Origin: the human T2T-CHM13v2.0 reference genome, Homo sapiens
DNA: 64,000 nucleotides
Reading direction: 5' to 3' (one strand)
Assembly (NCBI RefSeq): GCF_009914755.1
Contig: NC_060931.1
Positions 32,045-45,735 of this stretch are shown here, one piece after another (the stretch's first letter is position 1; each line of letters starts with the position of its first letter). The notes beneath the pieces are model-generated. The model saw nothing but the letters and a program-made list of their open reading frames with translations. It was not told where the DNA came from and ran no database searches. A program made the position numbers and the translations under genes.

Positions 32045-32515
32045 CTGTCATAGTTTTGATTCTTCTCAAGTCAGATTCTGAGATTAAGACCCAGGCTGGC
32101 CTGAGACTAGGAGAAGGATTATTTGGGAGGTTATCCTGGAAAGCCCAAGTGAAGGAGTGGAGATAATAAGACAGGAGAGGGAGGAAAGCAAACAAACAAA
32201 AAAAGTGCATTGATAGGGAGAAACTGCTGCTATTAATTGAGCTCAATCCCACTGGAGAGTCTCTGAGAAACCTTTTGGTACGTGGGGATGCTGGGACGTT
32301 ATTCACTGACTCCTGTCCTGTGTTGGTTCAGGGTGGACTCTAAGGATATTGACTTTCACACACTTCCAGGTTGCACCTATATGTGGCCAAGCAGGCTCCC
32401 TTTGAGCCCAAGGAAGTCCATGAAGAGACATAAGTTTCTGAGGTGGGAAGCTGTTTACTCTAAATAGTCAAACTCAATTGTGGCTGAACTCAGAAGAATA
32501 TTTAGGGGAGAAAAA
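32045..32515 (-). mobile_element. ERVL-class LTR (LTR16-like)
   Basis: CAGATTCTGAGA..ATTTGGGAGGT.ATCC..AGACAGGAGAGGGAGGAAAGC..GCTCAATCCCACTGG; similar to 50880-51365. Confidence 0.55.
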
Positions 32516-34458
32516 TACATGAAGTTCTATTTCCTCATTCACAGGGATCGTGGCATAAGGCAGACTGCATGGGTTAGGGTAGTTTGGGCTGCCAGTAAGT
32601 GTAACATTCTCTGTGCGAAGGCCACATTGGTTGGTTTTCTAAGGATGCAGGTGTGTCTCATGGCACAGGAGGCCAGAGAAGGGCTCAGAAAGGCTGCAGA
32701 GCATGAACAGAACCTTACTCATTCTGTCTCTCACTTGGTCTCCCTCAGTGTGCTAGCTTTCCCTCTCTCCTTTACACACAACACTCACAGACACACATGC
32801 ACACACATACATGTACACACATGCATTCACGCATGTGTGCTCACACACAGACTAGCTTTTTCTGTTTTTCTTGTACATCTTACATGTTCCTGGTTTAATC
32901 ATAAGACAAATGGCCTCTCTCTTCTGGTAACAATTTTATATTCCTGGTCAAGGGAGCTAGGTTGGCCCACACATGAGAGGGAACAGTGGAAGTAGGATGT
33001 GTAATGCCCAGAAGAACAGGCATCGGAGGAGAGCCCAGGAGTTGATTCTATATGTAAATCCGTTATAATACCAATCCGAACAAGCTAGTATTCTATCAAA
33101 TAGCCAAATGCAGAGGTAAGCAGGAAGTAAGTAATATCTTTTGTGATTTTTTAAAATGACACACAGTAGATGAGCTCAGAACATATACAGTACAGTAGCC
33201 ACTGGGCAACCATTAGATAAACAAGAAAAGAGCCAGACCATGGGGATGAAACCATCTTTAATCATGGCAAGTGGAATAATGTGTAAAAAAGTTATGCTAA
33301 TCATAAAATGGAAACGATACATGTCCATTTTAGAATCAAATGGCACAGAAAATATGTGAGCATATCAGCACCATCTATCTACATTATACCCTTGAGAGCT
33401 TGTAGATTCTGAGTTTAACAGCACCATATCATGAAAAATGACACTGGACAATTTGGATTGTTTTTATACCATGGGTCTCAGTGAGAAAGTCAGCTTTCTC
33501 TTTCCCAATGCAAATAAAGATTAGCAAATATATTTAACATTTATACCTGTTCTGGTGATTCATTTTGGCTTTTGAAAGTGAACTCCACCATAAAAAGATA
33601 AAAACCAATCTTCCTTTTCTCATTCCTTCCATTATTCATTCATTTATTGATATTACTATATTATAGGCACTGTGCCACTCTCTCTGTAGAAGCGCCTGAC
33701 AGTAGAAACAAGGGCTTCATCCTCCTGGCTATGATCATGAGGCTACAACATAACACTGTGGCTTTTTGAGAATTATTTCACAGCCTATTTCCAGAGCAAA
33801 GTAACAATGCTGTTTTTTTTTTGGTTTCTATTTTCTTGTTTGTTTGTTTGTTTATGAAGTCAAACTATTATGGTGATGTTACCAACTTCTTTCAAAGCAG
33901 AGGCCAGGGAATCAAGGACGTTGAGGCTTAATAAAATAAAAGCAAAGTATGTTTGTATATTTTTCATGTGTTAGGACTACAGGTTTCCAGAAAATAAACC
34001 TTTAGTGCATAGGCAATTTTATCATTAGAGATTTCAAAGGGGATATGCATTTATCGCTATCAACAGAGCCAGATAAAAAGATTTTTTTCTGACTATATCC
34101 ATAATGTTCCATTATGTTTTTAAACATGAAAAATTTATTCCAAAGGCCAGGAAATCACAGGACTCCACCAGGTGTGATAAGGTCCCAATCTAATAAAAGT
34201 TTAACTATCTCTCTGGCTATTAGTGTTTATTTATTCAAGAAAGGTCCAGAATGTTATTTTGAATATTCAGTGTATTATCAATAATCGTGGGGATTGTGAT
34301 GACAGTAGTGGCAATGACAAAAATAACATCTGTATTAGTCTGTTTTCACACTGCTGATAAGGACATACCTGAGACTGCTAAGAAAAAGAAGTTTAATTGG
34401 ACTTATAGTTCCACATGTGTGAGGAGGCCTCAGAATCATGGTGGAAGGCAAAAGGCAC

Positions 34459-34749
34459 TTTTTTTTTTTTTTTTTGAGACAGAGTCTTGCTTTGCTGCCC
34501 AGGCTGGAGTGCAGTGGCACGATCTCAGCTCACCACAACCTCCACCTCCTGGGTTCAAGTGATTCATCAGCCTTCCAAGTAGCTGGGACTATAGGCGTGT
34601 GCCTCCGTGCCTGGCTAATTTTTGTATTTTTAGTGGAGATGGGGTTTCACTGTGTTGGCCAGGCTGGTCTCGAACTTCTGACCTTGTGATCTGCCTGCCT
34701 CAGGCTCCCAAAGTGCTGGGATTACAGGGGTGAGCCACCGCACCCAGCT
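34459..34749 (-). mobile_element. AluS inserted in THE1A 3' LTR
   Basis: Full dimer; TSD AAAGGCA(C/T)TT. Confidence 0.93.
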
Positions 34750-35862
34750 GAAAGGCATTTCTTACATGGCAGTGGCAAGAAAAAATGAAGAAGAAGCAAA
34801 AGCAGAAACCCCTAATAGACCCATTAGATCTCATGAGACTTATTGACTACCACAAAAATAGCACAGGAAAGACTGGCACCCTGGATTCAGTTACCTCCCC
34901 CTCAGTCCCTCCTACAACACATGGGAATTCTGGGAGATACAATTCAAGTTGAGATTTGGGTGAGGACACAGTCAAACCATATCATTCCGCCACTGACTCC
35001 TCCAAATCTCATGTCCTCACATTTCAAAACCAATCATGCCTTCCCAATAGTCCCCCAAAGTCTTAACTCATTTCGACATTAACTCAAAAGTCCACAGTCC
35101 AAAGTCTCATCTGAGACAAGGCAAGTCCTTTCCACCTATGAGCCTGTAAAATCAAAAGCAAGCTAGTTGCTTTCTAGATACAATAGGATTACAGGTTTTG
35201 GACAAATACAGCGGTTCCAAAGGGGAGAAATTGGCCGAAACAAAGGAGCTACAGGGACCATGCAAGTCTGAAATCCAGTGGGGCAGTCAAATTTTAAAGC
35301 TCCAGAATGATCTCCTTTGACCCCAGATCTGACATCCAGGTCACGCTGATGCAAGGGGTGGGTTCCCATGGTCTTGGGCAACTCCTCCCCTATGGCTTTA
35401 CAGGGTACAGCCTCCTTCCCAGATGTTTCATGGGCTGGAGTTGAGTGTCTGTGGCTTTTCCAAGTTCAAGGTGCAAGCTGTCAGTGGATCTAACATTTTG
35501 GGGTCTGGAGGATGGTGGCCCTCTTCTTACAGCTCCACTAGGCAGTGCCCCAGTTAGGACTCTGTGTGGGGACTCCAACCCCACATTTCCCTTCCTCACT
35601 GCCCTAGCAGAGGTTCTCCATGAGGGCCCCATCCCTGCAGCAAATTTCTGCCTTAGCATCTAGGCGCTTCCATACATCCTCTGAAATCTAGGCAGAGGTT
35701 CCCAAACCTCAATTCCTGACTTCTGTGTACCTGCAGGCTCAACACCACATGGAATCTACCAAGGCTTAGGGCTTACACCCTCTGAAACCACAGCCCAAGC
35801 TGTACATTGGCCCCTTTCAGCCATGGCTGGAGAGGCTGGTACACAGGACACCAAGTCCCTAG

Positions 35863-36377
<515 letters not shown>

Positions 36378-37249
36378 AGGTTTTTCTTTTCTATCACATA
36401 GTCAGGCTGCAAATTTTCCAAACCTTTATACTCTGCTTCCTTTCTAAAACTGAATGCCTTTAACAGTACCTAAGTTACCTCTTGAATGTTTTGCTGCTTA
36501 GAAATTTATTCCGCCAGATGCCGTAAATCAACTCTCTCAAGTTCAAAGTTCCACACATCTCTAGGGCAGGGGCAAAATGCCACCAGTCTCTTTGCTAAAC
36601 ATAACAAAACTTACCTTTGATCCTGTTCCCAACAATTTCCTCATCTCCATCTGAGACCACCTCAGCCTGGATTTTATTGTTCATGTCACTATCAGCATTT
36701 TGGACAAAGCCATTCAACAAGTCTCTAGGAGGTTCCAAACTTTCCCACATTTTCTGATCTTCTCAGCCCTCCAAACTGTTCCAGCCTCTGCCTGTTACCC
36801 AGTTCCAAAGTTGCTTCACACATTTTCGGGTATCTTTTCAGCAGCGCCCCACTCTACTGCTACCAATTTACTGTATTAGTCTGTTTTCATGCTGCTGATG
36901 AAGACATACCTGACACTGGGAAGAAAAAGGAAGTTTAATTGGACTTACAGTTTCACATGACTGAGGAGGCCTCAGAATCATGGTGGAAGGTGAAAGACAC
37001 TTCTTACGTGGCAGCAGCAAGAGAAAATGAGGAAGAAGTAAAAGCAGAAACCCCTGATAAACCCATCAGATCTCATGAGACTTATTTACTATCACAAGAA
37101 TAGAGTGGGAAAGACCAGCCCCCATGATTCAATTACCTCCCCCTGAGTTCCTCCCACAACATGTGGGAATTCTGGGAGATACAACTCAAGTTGAGATTTG
37201 GGCAGGGACACAGCCAAACCATATCAATATCTTACTTTTGTATTAAATA

Positions 37250-37430
37250 ATATGATTCCTGAAGTAGTTACTCATATACTGCCCCATTTATTTCTCATAA
37301 GAACTCTGGGAGAAAAAATCTATCACCTCTGTTTTACTGATGAGTAAATGTAGACTGAAAGAATTCAGATGATGTGTAAGAGAACACATAGATTATAATG
37401 ACAAAGCTATAGCTGGAATTCAGTTTCTGT
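37250..37430 (-). mobile_element. MIR fragment
   Basis: CTCTGTTTTACTGATGAGTAAATGTAGACT core. Confidence 0.55.
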
Positions 37431-37894
37431 TTGGGGATGTTGTTTTGTTTTATTTTGATCTTAGAAAAAACTAAAAGTTATCATAAAAGACTTTATTCTA
37501 ACTGCAAATTCAAAGATAATGTTTATTCATGCCTAGGACAAAATTTCTATTAACAATCAAATATTACAGAAGGTTGTGAATTTTTGATGACCTGATTATG
37601 TTTACATAAGTCTCTACCTTTTCTAAACCTCATAAATATGAAATCTTTGGGTGAACTCTTCCCAGAACTGATTTCCATAAACTTACTGAAAATGAGTAGG
37701 AAGAAAGAGCTCAAGGGACAAGTACTTATTGTGTATACTCTTTAGTGATACAGAAATAAAAGAAAAGTTAAATACCTATATTTATAAAATTGAATCTTTT
37801 AAAGTCAGCTGACAGGTCAAAATGCAGGTAACATTTTTAAGCTTCATGCTTAAAAAAATAAGCTTTATTTAAAAAAAAAAAAATACTTACTTGG

Positions 37895-37994
37895 AGCCAG
37901 GCACAATGGCTCATATGTGTAATCCCAGCTACTCAGGAGGCTGAGGCAAGAGGATCACTTGAGCCCAGGAGATCCCATCTCAAAAAAAAAAAAA
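37895..37994 (+). mobile_element. Short Alu monomer (FAM/FLAM/AluJ-like) with internal deletion
   Basis: GCCAGGCACAATGGCTC..GAGCCCAGGAG joined directly to ATCCCATCTC and an A-tail. Confidence 0.8.
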
Positions 37995-38374
37995 GCACCT
38001 TACTTTTTACTTCATTGCCTCAGTGATAGCAGACCAACAGGGCATTGGTAAGAATAGTTTTAACTATACTCACAATCATATACTGGCTTCAGTTGTACTA
38101 GCAACAGTTAAAATTGAAGACACATTAAGCATGTAATAAATGTGAACTATCAATAAGTGAAACCATTAGAACTAGTATTAAACCGTTTCATTCTTAACAT
38201 CCTTTACAGATAAAGAATCAGAGACTGAGAGAGCTTAATAATACCACTATTCAGTTAGCAAGCTATTCTGTGGTTTAAAGAGATCAGTATTGCCTTTAAC
38301 TTTCTGGCTTTTAGAATTTACGCAATTCTCTATCAACATGGAGGCTCAACCTGATTTTGGGGCATTGTGTAAGC

Positions 38375-38585
38375 CAGTAGTTTTCAACCTGGAGTGATTT
38401 TGACCCCCAGGTGACATTTGGCAATGCCTAGAGACATTTGTGATTGTCCCATTTGGTTGGGGTTGCTATGGTATCTAATGGGAGAGGCCAGTAACGCTGG
38501 TGAACATCCTACAAAGCACTGCAGAGCCCCTGGCAAAGAATTTTCCAGCCCAAAACGTCAGTGGTGCTGAGGTTGAGAAACCTTG
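38375..38585. mobile_element. MER20 hAT-Charlie element
   Basis: CAGTAGTTTTCAACC..GACATTTGGCAATG..GCTGAGGTTGAGAAACCTTG. Confidence 0.9.
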
Positions 38586-39090
38586 ATATAGCCCTCTAAG
38601 ACTGAATATTAATGAAAATGTTTATTTAAATCAGTTTGTATGGTCCCAGTGCCACTTAGAATTATATTTCTTAACAAGTTAGAGCTCAATTTCCTCTGCC
38701 CAGGCCTCCTTAGGATACAGAAGAATAAGCCAGTAGTACCCTTACACGGAACAGGATAGGGCAATCATATGATTCTGAATGCCAAGGGGACTTTCAGATT
38801 GATGGTTTCGTAAAGTGACTGACACCTTGGACGGTTCCCAAGAAAATTACTAAAACTTGAGTCTTTTGCAGGTATGCAAAACCCATGAATTTCATAAAAA
38901 ATAAATCTTTATTTCAAAGATGGGACTTTTAAAGTTTAAAGTGGCCTTCGGGTGGAGAAAGAACTAGGAATCAAAATTTCAATGGGCAATAAAAACAAGT
39001 GATAATTTCCTTTGATTCTCACAATCAAGATGAAGCAGGATTGTGATAAGAGCTTAGCATTTCTATCCACTCGTTGAAATTTATCAAATG

Positions 39091-39280
39091 CCTCTCCCTG
39101 ACTTCTCGCCCTTACACTGAAGTAGATATCCAAAGACTTCAGATATATACACTATGGACAAGTATTTCCCCTCACTTGCAGAAATTCAAGTGGCACCAGC
39201 AGTTTGGAGACAGAAGTCTCAGTGGGCGCAAGGAAGCTGGGGTCTGGGGCCTGACTCTTCCCTGCCATTTTGGTGCCCCT
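39091..39280 (+). repeat. Left arm of 190-bp inverted duplication
   Basis: Reverse complement of 40745-40934 aligns gap-free, 161/190 identical by hand count. Confidence 0.95.
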
Positions 39281-39381
39281 TCCCGCCTACCCACGCCCTA
39301 CCCCAATGTGTGGCATTATCCAGGGGGTTATTAAATATTGAAATACAGCTTGACAAACATCTGATAACAATAGGTGGCCAA

Positions 39382-39697
39382 GGCCGGGCGCGGTGGTTCA
39401 TGCCTATAATCCCAGCACTTTGAGAGGCCGAGGCGGATGGATCACCTGAGGTCAGGAGTTTGAGACCAGCCTGGACAACATGGTGAAACCCCGTCTCTAC
39501 TAAAAATACAAAATTATCTGGGCCTGATGGCGGGCCCCTGTAATCCCAGCTACTCAGGAGGCTGAGGCAGGAGAATTGCTTGAACCCAGGAGGCGGAGCT
39601 TGCAGTGAGTCAAGATCGCGCCACTGCACTGCAGCCTGAGCGAAAGAGTGAGACTCTGTCTCAGAAAAATAAAAATAAATAAATAAATAAATAAAAA
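39382..39697 (+). mobile_element. AluS SINE
   Basis: Full dimer with (TAAA)n tail; TSD AGGTGGCCA. Confidence 0.94.
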
Positions 39698-40514
39698 GGT
39701 GGCCACCAGCTGTGTCAAAATCAACTAGTTAAAAGGTGGAAATTAAATATGACAGTGGAAAAAGATTTCTAGTTGGAGAATGAAAACTTCCTAAAATCTA
39801 AGATGGCTGCCATTAAATGATATTCAGATTCTTCCCGGGTTCTTGCTTTTGGATGAATAAATGGCTTTTTCTTCCTCCAAAGTTCTAATCTGATGAATGT
39901 GTAATGGAGATAAATGTTTTGGAAATATCTCCATTTGCCTGGCTCCTCGGTGTCTCTGTGTAGGACTTTCTCCCCACTCAGGCCAAGCTTCCATCTGTGA
40001 GTGGAAGATGGGGAGGAGGCGAGGACCGTGAAGGTCACAATAAGAATGCAAATACAGCAGTAAAAACAGTTTAATATTCACCCTCTGTCAGCAAAAATAG
40101 GCTTTCCTAGTCTGCAGCAATGTACTGGAACAGACGTAAAAGACAGGCGTTGCCAGGAAATAGGGATTTACTAAATTCCTTTATATTCCCATTTAATATA
40201 TCAAGAGGCAGTCCTGGTATCCTTGATCATATAGCATTTCCCAACAAGGAGGTTAGAACCAGACAGGAAGAGGAGAGAAATCCACACATACTCACCCCAG
40301 TAGGGGAAGAAACAAATCTCTGAAGCTCTGAGCACTTACATGACTCACCGTGGCAGGAACTAAGCTACCCAAGACAACTTTTAAAATTATTGCATCCACA
40401 GAGTTTACCAAATGAGTCTGAAATTTAACATGTTTCTTTTCCCAGCATTTTAAAATCAATTCCTCCTTTGAAACTCCTCTCCAATTACTCTTCATCTGTA
40501 TAAATTCAAATATA

Positions 40515-40700
40515 TTTTCATTCATTTACTCATTCAACAAATATTTATTGAGCATCTATCACGCACAGGGTGCTGCGAATGTGCCAGTGAGTAGGTACAG
40601 ATAAAGTCCCTGCCCTCTTGAAACTTACTTTTTAGTTGGAGAGAAAAAGAAAAGTAAATATCATTTCTGGCTGTGATAAATTTCATGAAGAAAAACAAAC
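40515..40700 (-). mobile_element. L2 3' end
   Basis: CATTCAACAAATATTTATTGAGCATCTA..AAAGTCCCTGCCCTC. Confidence 0.8.
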
Positions 40701-40744
40701 AAGAACTTCCTGGTCCTCGTGCTCACTCCCTTCCAACAGTTTTG

Positions 40745-40934
40745 GGGGACACCAAAGGGACAGAGAGGAGTCAAGCCCCAGACCCCAGCTGCCTTGTGCC
40801 CACTGGGACTTCTGTCTCCAAAATGCTGGTGCCACTTGAGTTTTTGCGAGTGAGGGGAAATATCTGTCCATGGTGTATGTGTCCGAAATCTTTGGACATC
40901 TACTTCAGTGGGAGGGAGAGGAGTCCTGGAGAGG
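40745..40934 (-). repeat. Right arm of 190-bp inverted duplication
   Basis: See 39091-39280; the ORF track shows near-identical peptides on opposite strands (39154+ and 40871-). Confidence 0.95.
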
Positions 40935-42645
40935 GCTCAGTACATTTCAAGGTGGTGAGAGCAGTGCTAACACGCAGCGTTCTCTGACTTCCTAATGTAC
41001 CTCCCTCTCTGCCATCAGACTAAAATTTTTCAATAGCTGCTTGATGCAATCACTTTCTTTTTCAAGACCCGCAACTGCTCATACTGCCTGATGCTACCTC
41101 CCAGGCCTTGAACATAGCTTCAAATAATGTGTTTAACCTATGCCTGGCCGTAAAGCCTCCCCTCTCACCACGCCACCTCTTCTAAAGTCACATAAAAATC
41201 CCAGTTCTCTGTCCACACATCTAAGAATGGACACTCCTCTGTCTTCTCTTCCCTATCTTTCTAAATCTGACCCTTTTATTAAGATTCAACCAGTTTCCTG
41301 CCTGCTCTATTCCATTCAACACCCAGACCACAGTGATACCTCCTTTGTCTAATCTTTCACAATACACTTTAGCACGTTACAGATTCCCAAATGTGGAAAG
41401 AACCATGCTGGTCTTTTAGTCTAGCATTAAATACAATGTGAGTAACACAGTTATAACCTTTCTAATAGGTAGTCTCAGACTTTCACACTCTTTCCTAATG
41501 TTTTTCAAATAAGTACATTTTTAAAAATGCAAATACACAGTGGTAAATTAAATTATTTTGATTACTCTATTAAGCATTCATAATCATAAAGCTATGAATA
41601 AATCTGTATGCTTGGAACTCTTATATAATCGTAAAAGAAAACAAACTTAAAAATTATATTCAAACTGAATAACAAAATTCATTCATTCCAAATGATCAAC
41701 ATTAATTTAATGTGACATGTAATATTTTGCTAAAGTAAAGTACCTATTCTCAATGTAAATGTGGTATTGGCTACTATCAAATGCAATATGTAATAGTGGG
41801 GCCTTACTTACCTACAAAGGCCATCTCTGTCATTTTTTCTTAAAGAACCTTAAAAAAAAAAAGTTGTAGCTTCTTACTAAAGAAATCTCCAATGCTGACA
41901 CAATATAAGCGTGACTTAATTACAGGGTGATAATCTAGATCATGTGGACTTTTCAGCCCATTAAAAATTAAAATGAAAAATCTAACCATTTTCAAAGAAA
42001 CGCACATCTTTTATCATATGCCTTCATATAACAAGGGTCCAGAAATCCATGTTATAAAGGTTTGTACTGATTCAGGTGTTTATATTTTGACTCTGAAAAT
42101 GGATCTATGTAAAATGTGCTGACAAAAAGGGCTATTTTTAAGTTTTGTGCATTTTTCCTTATAGTACCTAAAAATGCATGTAGCACATGCTGGATGTTAA
42201 CTAAAGATTCCTTGAATATATTATCTCTATTTATTTTATTTCTTCTGATATGAATTTGAAAAAACATTTATTTACAGACCACTAAAAATCTCCCAGGAAG
42301 CTGAGTTAGTGGTGACTGTTTGATTCTAACCTTCTGAACAAATGTTTTCATGAACTCCATGAAGCTTTTTAATAAACTTACTCCTCACAGTGATGCAAGT
42401 CAAATTTAAGACAGAAGAAACTAAACGTTCATCGGTATAAGAAAATCTAAGTCAAGGTGGCCAAAAAATCAAGCAATCTTTTAAGAATGTTGAATCAAAT
42501 GTGGTTGTTGGTGAATGAAAATTTCTTCTATTGCAGACAATTATTTGAAGGGTACATCTTTTTAATAATATTTCCAACTGTCTCCTAGAGTGATAGTAGC
42601 CCTGTTAAACAATTAGTAAAACAAACAACAACAAAAAACACATTA

Positions 42646-43020
<375 letters not shown>

Positions 43021-43509
43021 TCAACTAAAAGGCCTGATATCATGTTTATGCCAGTTTTTTTTCCTGAGTATTTTAACTTTTTTTCTCTACTTAGTTTCAT
43101 CAATTAAAGGCTTATTGTTAAGGGAGAAAAGCATTAGGACCCCTAGTAAGATGCTCCAGGGAGTGTGTTTTCAGCTCAATGTAAGAAAAAAATTTTTGAA
43201 CCGTCAGTACTCTTTGAAACTCTGTTTATTCCAAGATAGTGAGGTGTCTCTTAATATAACAGCTTATACAGGGGCTGAATGATGCCAGCTTTGGGCTTAA
43301 TGTTGTTTTTAGGTTATCTAGACAGTTCTGATTTTAGAATGTTCATAAGTTAGGTCTGAATTAATAAGCCAATAGGTTCTTATTTCAAAAGAATATATAT
43401 ATACACACATATATATACATATATCAAAAATGTGAGCTAAATTCCCATTTATCTTTAGTATTCTCCATATCTCTTTCATTTCCAGAGTAATGGTCCTTGG
43501 GAAGATAAT

Positions 43510-43755
43510 AGCTAGCATAATGAGACCTGGTACTTACACAGCACTCAATAAGTACAAGACTCTCTAAATGTTCATTCCTCACAAAACTCTATGAGATACA
43601 TTATAGTGCTATTCCCCTTCTACAGATAATGGAACTGGGACACTAAAGGTTAAGTGATGTGCTGATACTTCCAAAGCTCATAAACAGAAGAGTCATCCAG
43701 AGCCAAACTATTTTGGCTTCAAAGTCCAGGCACTTAAACAGTGACGCTGTCCACT
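43510..43755 (-). mobile_element. MIR SINE
   Basis: TTCCTCACAAAACTCTATGAG..CTACAGATAATGGAACTGGGACAC..AGGTTAAGTGA. Confidence 0.75.
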
Positions 43756-44165
43756 CACTAGTACCTTCTGGAGAAGCCACTAGGATAGTCTGAGAATATT
43801 ACTGGACTACTAAACAAATCGAGATTCTTGAAAGCTGAATTGTGTTGTGTTTTTACCCCATCATCACAAACCTTTACATTTGTTCAGACCAGGAAAATAA
43901 ATGTCAGATGCCAATGTAGTGACACTATCAACTCCCAGGTGTAATCAAGTAGAGACTGAGATCCCTACACCAAGTCAAAAACTTTTATTTCTTTGCATAC
44001 TATGGACCATGGTGTCAGGAATAATCACAACCCAAAGAATCAGGGAATACAGAATTTTAGAGCTGGAAGCATTTTTAGGAATTGTTCATTCTTTCTTTGT
44101 TATTACAGAAATGAGGATACTGACTTCTACTGAGAGGATCGTATTTCAAGACCATGTGATGGCTT

Positions 44166-44345
44166 TATAACTGCTCTTTCTGACTCTACTGTTAACTCTC
44201 TCATGTCCAGGCTCATACCAGCCAAAGGAAATTCGTAATAAAATTTGATCCTCTCTATAATTGCTATTCCTGATTCCACTGTTAACTCTCTCATGTCTAG
44301 GCTGATACCAGACAAAGGAAATTAGTAATAAAATTTGATCATCTC
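44166..44345. repeat. Two-copy tandem duplication, 90-bp period
   Basis: ACTGTTAACTCTCTCATGTC..AAAGGAAATT.GTAATAAAATTTGATC repeated at +90. Confidence 0.95.
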
Positions 44346-44857
44346 ATTCTGCTTCTTTACACTCCTTCAAATGTTCTGCATTACTTTGAGACTTAATCAA
44401 AGTCCTTCAGTTAAAGCATCAGTTCTTTGAAGACCTGGTCCCTGATTGTCTGCAGTCTCATCAGCTCCTACTTGCTCCTCTTGAAATCTGGACTCCAGTC
44501 ACTCTGAGTGTCACTCCAGACCCCCCAGAACATCACACTCTTACCTCCATCCTTTACACATCTCTTTCCTTCTACTTTCACAGCACTTCCCCTGGACTCT
44601 TCTGTCTGCCTCCACTTCATTTTTCAGAATGCAGCTTAATACCTCCAAAGAAAGTCACCTCTAACCCAGAGGTCACGTTTGTTCTGTTTAGTTATTCAAA
44701 CTCCCAATTTAAACAAGTCTGCCTATATTGTTTCCTAACCTATGACAGATATAAAGAGTAAGTTATATTTCTGTGCATTAGGATACAAGAAGAGCAATTA
44801 GAATTTGCACAATGCAACATGACATCTCCAGTAACAATATATTGCAAGGATTCACTA

Positions 44858-45165
<308 letters not shown>

Positions 45166-45499
45166 TCAGATTGGTGCAGCGTAATCCAGTGATTGATGTA
45201 GGTAATTTTGAAACCTGAGTCAGCAAGAAATAGCAATTATATTTAATGTAATATGATGAAGGAGGCAGAAAACTGCAATAACTTAGAATGATTTCCACTA
45301 AAGATACTTAAAATAAAATGAGTTTTAGTGCTTATAGCAAGGAAAACTCCATTTATGTTTAACATCTACTTCTTTTAAAAATGTATACGATATAGGGGGA
45401 AGATGGTAACAGTTAGAACACCCAAATTCTGGTCTGGTAATTGACACTAAATTAGTGAGTGACTTTGAGTGAGTAAGCCATATGATATCTTTGACTCTT

Positions 45500-45735
45500 A
45501 GTATAATGCAGTGGCTAGGAACAGGGGCTATAGGCTCAAATCTCATTCTATTCCATTACTTTCAAGCTCCATAGCCTTCTGTTACTTTAATTGCTCTAAG
45601 CCTCACTTTCCTCCTTTGAAAATGGAAAGAATAATACCTTCCTCATAGGATTACTGTGACAAACAGAAGGCACAACACTTACAAAACACTCAGCATAGAA
45701 TATGACACATAGGAAGAGCTCAAACAGCTGTTGTT
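45500..45735 (+). mobile_element. MIR SINE
   Basis: CTAAGCCTCACTTTCCTC..AAAATGG..AATAATACCTTCCTCATAGGATT. Confidence 0.75.

Noticed and set aside
32480-32995. 171-aa ORF
   Set aside because: GTG start, runs through a CA-rich low-complexity tract, no recognisable domain.
39154-40871. Two near-identical peptides on opposite strands (MDKYFPSLA.../MDRYFPSLA...) suggesting a paralogous gene pair
   Set aside because: Explained by the DNA-level inverted duplication. The ORFs diverge immediately outside the arms (one runs into an Alu), and I recognise no protein family or exon structure.
41375-42330. Possible ancient hAT/Charlie internal fragment
   Set aside because: Only a vague resemblance; I could not identify termini, TSD or transposase motifs.
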